A DNA stretch of 64,000 nucleotides from an uncultured Planctomycetales bacterium (GTDB taxonomy: Bacteria > Planctomycetota > Phycisphaerae > UBA1845 > JAFGLZ01), in NCBI GenBank assembly GCA_964622545.1, contig CAZUQM010000014.1, forward strand, positions 39,726 through 103,725, read 5' to 3'. Below are positions 19,212 through 25,616 of this stretch, piece after piece. Within the stretch, counting starts at the first letter, position 1. Every line of letters starts with the position of its first letter. The notes under the pieces were generated by a model, which saw nothing but the letters and a program-made list of their open reading frames with translations, did not search any database and was not told the DNA's origin. The translations under genes and the position numbers were made by a program.

Positions 19212-20849
19212 ATGACCACGCAGTCAGGCGATCCGAAGCGCAACCCCGACGACCTCACCCGCCGCCGCTTCCTCGGTGCGACCCTATCCGCCACAGGGGG
19301 GCTGGCCGCCACCCAGATGGCCGCCGGCGCGGGCCAACCCGAACCCGACCGCCCGAACGTCCTCTTCGTCATGTGCGACCAGCTCCGGGCCGACACCATC
19401 GCCGCGCTCGGCAACCAGCATATCTACACGCCGAACCTCGACCGCCTCGTCCGCCGCGGCGCCAGCTTCGCCAACGCCTACTCGACCTGCCCGGTCTGCG
19501 TGCCCGCCCGCTACACCATCCGCACCGGCTGCGAGCCGCCGACCACCGGCGTCTATCAGAACGGCCCGGCCCGGCCGACGCCCGACCAGCCCAAGGACAT
19601 GGAGGACCGCTGCGGCAAGTTCCTCGCCCGGACCATGCGCGAGCTCGGCTACCGCACCTTCGGCGTGGGCAAGTTCCACACCGTGCCCTGGAACCAGGAC
19701 ATCGGCTACGAGACCCAGCTCTACAGCGAAGAGCTCTACGGCACGCCCGAGCGACGCGCCAAGGACCACTACGCCGCCTTCATCGCCAAGGAGCACCCCG
19801 AGTACGACTGGATCGAGGCCCTCATGGGCGAGCGGACCGAGATGTACTACATGCCGCAGATGAGCCCGATACCGGCTGAGTTCGGCGTCGAGCGATGGGC
19901 CGCCGACCGGGCCGTCGAGCTGATCAAGCATAAGGACCCCCGACCCTACTTCGGCCTCGTCTCGTTCATCGGCCCGCATCCGCCGCTCGCCCCGCCGATC
20001 CCCTTCAACCGCATGTACGATCCCGACCGCATGCCGAACCCCGTCCGCGGCGACCGCGACGTCGACCACATGGACGCCTTTTTGCCCTTCATGAACTACG
20101 CCATCTGGGCCGAGGACATCAACGACCCGCACGCCCGCATCCTCAAGGCCCGCTACTACGGCGAGATCTCCTACATCGACCAATGCCTCGGCCGCATCCT
20201 CGACGCCGTCGAGGCCCGCGCCGACGCGGACAACACCGTCATCTGCTTCTTCGCCGACCACGGCGACCACCTGGGCGACCACCACGCCTGGCAAAAGGAG
20301 AGCTTCTTCCAGGCCGCCTGCAACGTGCCCTTCCTCGTGAGTTGGCCCAAGCGCCTGCCGGCCGACCAGCGCCGCGACGAGCTGGTCTGCCTGACCGACC
20401 TGTTCGGCATCGCCACGACGGCCGCCGGCGAGCCGCAGCTCCGCGAGGGCGTCGACGTGCTGGGGCTCATCAACGGCACCGCGGAGCCACGAGACTGTCG
20501 CGTCGGCTACTACGGCACGCCGGGGACGGCCCGGTTCAAGGTGATGGTCCGCGACGCTGAGTGGAAGTACATCTATCTGGCCAACGGCGGACGCGAGCAG
20601 CTCTTCCACACCGCCGAGGACCCGGACGAGCTGACCGAACGCAGCAAGGACGCGCCGGACGTGCTCGCGCGGCTGCGGCGTGAGGCGGTCCGCGCCTGCG
20701 ATCGCCCCAACGCCTCCCGCGCCCTGGACAGCGGCAAGCTGCGCGCGCTACCGTTCAAGAAGCTGCCGCAACGGCGGATCTACCAGTTCTCCCGATCCCG
20801 CGGCGTGACGGGCTTCCCCAAAAACCCGGCCGATGTCCTGAAGGCGTGA
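19212..20849 (+). CDS. sulfatase (arylsulfatase-type) with a TAT signal
   Basis: I chose the internal ATG 19212 (MTTQSGD..RRRFLGATLSATGG). The upstream part of ORF 19035 is encoded by repeat DNA. The motifs are PNVLFVMCDQLRAD and the CxPxR site C-V-P-A-R-YTIRTG. Confidence 0.85.
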   Translation: MTTQSGDPKRNPDDLTRRRFLGATLSATGGLAATQMAAGAGQPEPDRPNVLFVMCDQLRADTIAALGNQHIYTPNLDRLVRRGASFANAYSTCPVCVPARYTIRTGCEPPTTGVYQNGPARPTPDQPKDMEDRCGKFLARTMRELGYRTFGVGKFHTVPWNQDIGYETQLYSEELYGTPERRAKDHYAAFIAKEHPEYDWIEALMGERTEMYYMPQMSPIPAEFGVERWAADRAVELIKHKDPRPYFGLVSFIGPHPPLAPPIPFNRMYDPDRMPNPVRGDRDVDHMDAFLPFMNYAIWAEDINDPHARILKARYYGEISYIDQCLGRILDAVEARADADNTVICFFADHGDHLGDHHAWQKESFFQAACNVPFLVSWPKRLPADQRRDELVCLTDLFGIATTAAGEPQLREGVDVLGLINGTAEPRDCRVGYYGTPGTARFKVMVRDAEWKYIYLANGGREQLFHTAEDPDELTERSKDAPDVLARLRREAVRACDRPNASRALDSGKLRALPFKKLPQRRIYQFSRSRGVTGFPKNPADVLKA

Positions 20850-20882
20850 CCCATCTATCCCTATACCGACCTGTCCATTCGC

Positions 20883-20922
20883 GGACGTGTCGACGTGTTG
20901 ACGTGTCGCCGTGTCGTCTTGC
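20883..20922 (+). repeat. octanucleotide array module A (5 units)
   Basis: The sequence reads GGACGTGT CGACGTGT TGACGTGT CGCCGTGT CGTCTTGC. Confidence 0.85.
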
Positions 20923-21011
20923 CGGGTGGCCCACCGCTTCACTGGTACCGTCTTCGACCCTCAGGCTCAGACCCGAAGGGAGCACGTCGAGGTAGCGGCG
21001 GGGATACGACG

Positions 21012-21053
21012 ACCTCAGGCTATAGACTCCAGGCTACAGACCTCAGGCTACAG
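21012..21053 (+). repeat. 14-bp tandem repeat x3 (ACCTCAGGCTAYAG)
   Basis: The units are ACCTCAGGCTATAG, ACTCCAGGCTACAG and ACCTCAGGCTACAG. The third unit plus the adjacent G (21040-21054) is complementary (14 of 15) to 21111-21125 inside module B copy 2. Confidence 0.75.
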
Positions 21054-21058
21054 GAAGG

Positions 21059-21222
21059 GACGCGACCGCCGGTGACGGTGCTCATGATGTCAAAGCCCTG
21101 AGGTCGGAAGCCTGTAGCCTGAAGTCTCCAATCAGGCAGCGCTGCCGTTCAGCCGCTTCTGCCCCACAGGAGCCCACACGTCCCGACGGGCCGCCGATGG
21201 CCCCCAAGCGCGCCGTCCCTTG
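21059..21222 (+). repeat. direct repeat module B, copy 2 (downstream of the sulfatase)
   Basis: See copy 1 for the match details. Both copies have the same orientation. Confidence 0.9.
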
Positions 21223-21252
21223 GGTGTCGCCGCGGTCCAGCCGCGTCACTTA

Positions 21253-21281
21253 TTGACACCCGCCCCATGTGCCGATAGGGT
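21253..21281 (+). promoter_or_regulatory. sigma70-like promoter for the pheST leader transcript
   Basis: TTGACA (21253-21258), a 17-nt spacer, then TAGGGT (21276-21281). It lies ~50 nt upstream of the leader mini-ORF. Confidence 0.45.
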
Positions 21282-21332
21282 CTAGGGTGATTCGCGGCGG
21301 CCCGAAGGGCCGTCCCAGAGGGTCCCAGACCG

Positions 21333-21404
21333 ATGCGCAACGCCTACCCAGTCTGCACGGTGTTCTTTAGCGGGCGGTTTACGTTTGCGCGCTCCGCGTC
21401 TTGA
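21333..21404 (+). CDS. candidate Phe-rich leader peptide (23 aa: MRNAYPVCTVFFSGRFTFARSAS) of the pheST operon
   Basis: An ATG has GAGG 10 nt upstream. Four Phe codons fall within 8 codons (TTC TTT .. TTT .. TTT). TTT is otherwise avoided in neighbouring genes. The stop codon is embedded in the antiterminator arm. The ORF is too short to appear in the ORF track. Confidence 0.45.
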   Translation: MRNAYPVCTVFFSGRFTFARSAS

Positions 21405-21454
21405 GGCCCGGCGACCGAATCTCACACTGGCCGAAACCAACCGCCTCAGGACGC
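21396..21454 (+). promoter_or_regulatory. candidate antiterminator helix competing with the pheST leader terminator
   Basis: GCGTCTTGAGGC (21396-21407) is complementary to GCCTCAGGACGC (21443-21454) over 12 bp, 11 Watson-Crick plus one G-U. It overlaps 8 of the 10 nt of the terminator 5' arm. Confidence 0.45.
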
Positions 21455-21484
21455 AACAAACGCCTGAGGCGGTTTTTTTGTTTT
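21441..21484 (+). terminator. intrinsic terminator (attenuator) in the pheS 5' leader
   Basis: A perfect 10-bp stem pairs CCGCCTCAGG (21441-21450) with CCTGAGGCGG (21463-21472) around a 12-nt loop. TTTTTTTGTTTT follows. The site is ~100 nt upstream of the pheS ATG. Confidence 0.75.
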
Positions 21485-21580
21485 CGCAGAGGGTGAAGCA
21501 TCGGCGGGAGCCCGCTCCGCAACCAGATGGAAGGCCGCCGGCCGACGCCGTCGCCAGGTTCGACCGAGGACGACACGACC

Positions 21581-22660
21581 ATGAACGATATCAACGAACA
21601 CCTGAAGGCCATCGAGGCTGAGGCCCGCGAGGCCGCCGCCTCCGCGGCCGCTACCTCCCTCGAGGCCCTCCGACAGGTAGAGGCCAAATACCTCGGCAAG
21701 AAGGGCAGCCTCACGCAGATCATGCGATCGGTCGGCAAACTCCCGCCCGAGCAGCGCTCCGAGTTCGGCAAGATGGCCAACCAGGCCAAGCAGGTGCTCC
21801 AAGACCTCTTCGCCGAGAAGCGACAGGAGAGCGAGACCAAGGCCGCCGAGGCCGAACGCGCCCGGGCCGCCGCCTACGACCCGACGCTGCCCGCCCCCGT
21901 AAGACCGCGCGGCGGCGTCCATCCCATCACGGCCGTCCAGTGGGAGGTCTCCGACGTCTTCGAGCGCATGGGCTTCATCGTCGAGACCGGCCCCGAGATG
22001 GAGAGCGAGTTCTACAACTTCGAGGGCCTGAATATTCCGTCATGGCACCCGGCCCGCGACGCGCAAGACACCTTCTGGCTCAACAACGGCCTGCTCCTGC
22101 GGACGCACACCTCGCCCGTCCAGGTGCGAGCGATGCGCAAATACGGTCCGCCGCTTCGCGTCGTCGTGCCCGGGCGGTGCTTCCGCAACGAGACCGTCGA
22201 CGCCTCGCACGAGACCACGTTCCACCAGTTCGAGGGCTTCCTGGTCGACCGCCACATCTCCGTGGCCAGCCTGAAGGCCTTCCTGCAACTGATGCTCCGC
22301 GAGGTCTTCAAACGCGACGTCAAGATCCGCCTCCGCCCCGGCTACTTCCCCTTCGTCGAGCCGGGTCTCGAGTGCGACATGAGCTGCCTGATCTGCGGCG
22401 GCCAGGGCTGCCCCACCTGCAAGCACGAGGGCTGGGTCGAGATGGTCGGCAGCGGCATGATCCATTCGAACGTCCTCCGCGCCGGCGGCATCGATCCGCA
22501 CGAGTGGACGGGCTTCGCCTTCGGGGTGGGCCTGACGAGGCTGGCGATGATGAAGTACGGCATCGCGGACATCCGCGTGATCAACAGCGGCGACCTGCGG
22601 GGCCTGATCCCGCAGGAACGCCTGACCGGCCCGGTGATTCGGGCGTCGAACGAGCGATGA
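21581..22660 (+). CDS. pheS: phenylalanine--tRNA ligase alpha subunit
   Basis: I chose ATG 21581 (MNDINEHLKAIEAEA), which has GAGGA 10 nt upstream. The class II motifs are FWLNNGLLLRTHTSPVQVR, RVVVPGRCFRNE, FHQFEG and GSGMIHSNVL..FAFGVGLTRLAM. Confidence 0.92.
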   Translation: MNDINEHLKAIEAEAREAAASAAATSLEALRQVEAKYLGKKGSLTQIMRSVGKLPPEQRSEFGKMANQAKQVLQDLFAEKRQESETKAAEAERARAAAYDPTLPAPVRPRGGVHPITAVQWEVSDVFERMGFIVETGPEMESEFYNFEGLNIPSWHPARDAQDTFWLNNGLLLRTHTSPVQVRAMRKYGPPLRVVVPGRCFRNETVDASHETTFHQFEGFLVDRHISVASLKAFLQLMLREVFKRDVKIRLRPGYFPFVEPGLECDMSCLICGGQGCPTCKHEGWVEMVGSGMIHSNVLRAGGIDPHEWTGFAFGVGLTRLAMMKYGIADIRVINSGDLRGLIPQERLTGPVIRASNER

Positions 22661-22711
22661 ATCCTGTATGAGGTCCTGAACGGACGTCCCGAAGCATGCG
22701 TGAAAGCAACC

Positions 22712-22785
22712 GAGCCCCGCTAGTTCCCGCGGCGCTGCCTTGGCGAAGCCGGGTCCCCAGCGGGGTCATGGGCCCGAAGGCCCCT
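22712..22785 (+). repeat. intergenic repeat module E, copy 1 (in the pheS-pheT spacer)
   Basis: The sequence reads GAGCCCCGCTAGTTCCCGCGGCG..GGCGAAGCCGGGTCCCCAGCGGGGTCA, followed by the hairpin GGGCC-CGAA-GGCCC. It matches 32541-32617. Confidence 0.8.
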
Positions 22786-22879
22786 AAGGACCGCCGCGTG
22801 CCCCCGGCGGCTTGCCCGCCCGTATGGACGATCAGACGAATAGGATGAGACGACCAAACACGATGAAGGCGACCAGACC

Positions 22880-25294
22880 ATGTTGATCTCCGTGACTTGG
22901 CTCCGCGACTTCGTGGACATCCCGGCCGAGACCGGCCCCCGCGACCTGGCGAACATGCTGACCATGAGCACCGCCGAGGTCGAGGGCGTCAAGGAAGTCA
23001 CCGTCCAGGCCGACGGCCTCATCGCCGCCGGGGTGACCCGCGTCGGCCCCGTCCCCGACCGAAAGAAACTCACGCACGCCACGCTCGACGTCGGCGGGTC
23101 AGAGATCGAGACCGTCACCGCCGCGCCGAGCTTGCAGGTCGGCGACGTCGTCGTCTACGCCCCCGAGGGCACCAGCATCGGCGGCATCGGCCCGATCAAG
23201 CGAACGACGGTGGGCGAGATCGACTCCGTCGGCATGATCCTCCCGGGCGACGCGATCGGCATCCTCCAGACCACCCAAGACGCCGTCTTCCTGCCGCCGT
23301 CGACCGAGCCCGGCACGCCCGTCGACCTCGCCGAGCTGAACGACTGGGTGCTCGAGATCGACAACAAATCGATCACGCACCGGCCCGACCTGTGGGGCCA
23401 CTACGGTATCGCCCGCGAGGTCGCCGCCCTCTGCGGCAAGCCGCTCAGGCCGTACACCGACGTCGCCGGCTCGTACGATGAGCTCATCGACGAGACCAAG
23501 CCGACCATCCCCATCGAGATCGACGATCCGACGCTCTGTCCGCGGTACTCGGCCCTGACGATGACGGGCCTCCACGTCCAGCCCTCGCCGCTCTGGATGC
23601 AGGCCCGCCTGTCCCACGTCGGCCAGCGACCCATCGACCTGCTCGTCGACCTGACCAACTACGTCATGTTCGACATCGGCCAGCCCACGCACGCCTTCGA
23701 CGGCGACAAGGTCGACCGCATCGAGGTCGCCGTCGCCCGTCCGGGCGAGACCTTCACCACCCTCGACGACATGCAGCGCAAGCTGCCCGAGGGCACGCTG
23801 ATGATCCAGTCGGGCCGGCGACACGTTGCCCTGGCCGGCATCATGGGCGGGGCCGACACCGAGGTCACCGAACAGACCGAGACCGTCCTGCTCGAATCGG
23901 CCAACTTCGAGCCCGCCACGATCCGCCGCGCCGCCGCGGCCATGGGCCACCGCACCGAGGCCAGCGCCCGGTTCGAGAAGGCCCTCGACCCGATCAACAC
24001 CGTCTTGGGCATCGGCCGCTTCATCAAGCTCGCCGCCGCCGAGCTGCCCGGTCTCGGCATCGCCTCGAACCTCAGCGATGCCTACCCCGCCCCGCCCGAG
24101 CCCGTCGACGTCGAGGTCGACCTGGCCTTCGCCAGCCGCTTCATCGGCGTGGACGTAGCGCGCGAGCGGGCCGAGACGATCCTCTCGGCCCTGGGCTTCG
24201 CGTGTACCGGCGGACAGAACGGCAAGCTCCGCGTCCGTGTGCCCACCTGGCGGGCCACCCGAGACGTCGGCATCGAGGCCGACGTCATCGAAGAGCTCAG
24301 CCGCATCATCGGCTACGACAACATCCCCGCCGACCTGCCCGACGTGACCATGCGCAGCTTCCAGCCCGTGCCCGACCTGCTCATCGAGCGCCGCTCGCTC
24401 GAGGTCCTTTGCCAGGGCCTCGGCTTCAACGAGATCCACGGCTACACCTGGTACGACCCGTCCTGGAACGAGACCCTTGGATTCATGCCGGGTGAGTGCG
24501 TCGAAATCGCCGGCGCCTCGGCCGGCGGGCGCTGGCTGCGCCACACCGTCATGCCTCAGCTCCTCGCCGCGGCCGACCTCAACCGCCGGCACGATGACCG
24601 GTTCGAGCTCGTCACCGTCGGCAGCGTCTTCTTCCCCGAGCCCGATCCCGAAAAGGATTGGCCCGCCCGCGAGGCCCGCCGCATGGGCCTGGCCGTCGTC
24701 GGACGCGGCGACGAGGACGCCCGGCTCGCCAACCTCAAGTCGGCCGTCGAGACGTGGTCACGACACGTCCTGCACCGACAGGCCGCGTTCAACGAGCCGA
24801 CGGATGCCCCCGACAAGCCCTGGGAGCACCCGATCAAGACGGCCGATATCACCGTTGCCGGGCAGGTCCTGGGCCGCCTGACCGTCGTGCCCGTCGAGTG
24901 TCGCGTCAAGATCGACGACCACCTCCGCCGCTGGGCCATCGCCCTGGCCGAGATCGACCTCGACGCGGCCACGGCCATGGGACCCGCCGACGAGGCCCTC
25001 GAGCGCATCCCCATCCACCAGCAGGTGCGCCTCGATTTCTCCATCCTCGTCCCGGCCACGCGCCGCTACGCCGAGATCGCCGACGAGCTGGGACGCTTCG
25101 AGCACCCGCTGCTTCGGCGGCTGACCTACGTCGAGAGCTACGAGGGCAAGAACATCCCCGACGGCACGCGGAGCCTGACCTTCCGCGCCCAGGTCGGCGC
25201 TCACGACCGCACGCTCACCGACCCGGACCTCCAGGCCTTCCGCCAGGCGTTCACCGAACACCTGCACCGGCACGGACTCGAACTGAGGAGTTGA
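22880..25294 (+). CDS. pheT: phenylalanine--tRNA ligase beta subunit
   Basis: The protein starts MLISVTWLRDFVDIP, a typical PheT N-terminus. It has a tRNA-binding domain, a B3/4 region (ITHRPDLWGHYGIAREVAA) and B5 plus C-terminal anticodon-binding-like domains over 804 aa. Confidence 0.92.
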   Translation: MLISVTWLRDFVDIPAETGPRDLANMLTMSTAEVEGVKEVTVQADGLIAAGVTRVGPVPDRKKLTHATLDVGGSEIETVTAAPSLQVGDVVVYAPEGTSIGGIGPIKRTTVGEIDSVGMILPGDAIGILQTTQDAVFLPPSTEPGTPVDLAELNDWVLEIDNKSITHRPDLWGHYGIAREVAALCGKPLRPYTDVAGSYDELIDETKPTIPIEIDDPTLCPRYSALTMTGLHVQPSPLWMQARLSHVGQRPIDLLVDLTNYVMFDIGQPTHAFDGDKVDRIEVAVARPGETFTTLDDMQRKLPEGTLMIQSGRRHVALAGIMGGADTEVTEQTETVLLESANFEPATIRRAAAAMGHRTEASARFEKALDPINTVLGIGRFIKLAAAELPGLGIASNLSDAYPAPPEPVDVEVDLAFASRFIGVDVARERAETILSALGFACTGGQNGKLRVRVPTWRATRDVGIEADVIEELSRIIGYDNIPADLPDVTMRSFQPVPDLLIERRSLEVLCQGLGFNEIHGYTWYDPSWNETLGFMPGECVEIAGASAGGRWLRHTVMPQLLAAADLNRRHDDRFELVTVGSVFFPEPDPEKDWPAREARRMGLAVVGRGDEDARLANLKSAVETWSRHVLHRQAAFNEPTDAPDKPWEHPIKTADITVAGQVLGRLTVVPVECRVKIDDHLRRWAIALAEIDLDAATAMGPADEALERIPIHQQVRLDFSILVPATRRYAEIADELGRFEHPLLRRLTYVESYEGKNIPDGTRSLTFRAQVGAHDRTLTDPDLQAFRQAFTEHLHRHGLELRS

Positions 25295-25313
25295 AAGGGA
25301 GCCTCTGCGGGCC

Positions 25314-25400
25314 GATGTGCCCCGGCCACCCTCGCCTGGGTTGAGGGCCCCCCGGCCACCCTCGCCTGGGTTGATGTGCCCGGCCGTCCTCGGGTGGGTT
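25314..25400 (+). repeat. 30-bp tandem repeat, 2 perfect cores plus 1 degenerate unit
   Basis: CCCCGGCCACCCTCGCCTGGGTTGA occurs at 25320-25344 and 25350-25374. A degenerate third unit ends in GGGTTTTT. Confidence 0.85.
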
Positions 25401-25480
25401 TTTCGATGGCTTACGACCGGGGGGCGGCCATGCCACAAGAGAGATCATGTCTCACGAGCAACTTTGGTGAGCTGTCGTCT

Positions 25481-25575
25481 GGGTGGCCCATGGCTTCAGC
25501 CGTGGGGGACGCGAATCGACGGTCGAGTTCGTGTCGCAGCGGACCAGGTGGGTTCCCACCCTCCTTAGAGGTCTC
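25481..25575 (+). repeat. intergenic repeat module C, copy 3
   Basis: The core GGCCCATGGCTTCAGCCGTGGGGGACGCGAATCG lies at 25485-25518. It is followed by the hairpins GACGCGAA..TTCGTGTC and GGTGGG-TTC-CCACC. About 95 nt are similar to copy 1. Confidence 0.7.
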
Positions 25576-25616
25576 ACCCTATCTTCGCTTACGGTCCAAA
25601 CAGTCTTGCAGGTGGC

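Noticed and set aside
18870-21222. A composite transposon or mobile cassette carrying the sulfatase.
   Set aside because: I could identify no transposase or integrase, no terminal inverted repeats and no target-site duplication. The flanking repeats belong to the same modular intergenic repeat repertoire seen elsewhere. The arrangement is kept only as a recombination-substrate observation.
21276-21300. A possible T-box riboswitch upstream of pheS (AGGGTGATTCGCGG resembles the AGGGUGGNACCGCG T-box sequence).
   Set aside because: Only the first six positions match. The segment sits at the 5' end of the leader rather than overlapping the terminator. No specifier-loop architecture or sufficient length is present. 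The Phe-codon mini-ORF explains the region better.
21285-21484. A stand-alone small RNA (6S-like or other) between promoter 21253 and terminator 21441-21484.
   Set aside because: Pairing between the 5' and 3' ends is poor (only GATTCG/CGAATC). The segment contains a Shine-Dalgarno-preceded mini-ORF whose stop is embedded in an antiterminator arm. It also lies directly upstream of pheS. An sRNA role of the terminated leader cannot be excluded.
25314-25400. A CRISPR-like array.
   Set aside because: There are only 2-3 directly adjacent 30-bp units with 5-nt linkers and no unique spacers of spacer length. No cas genes occur in the window. The octamer and 14-bp arrays likewise lack spacers.
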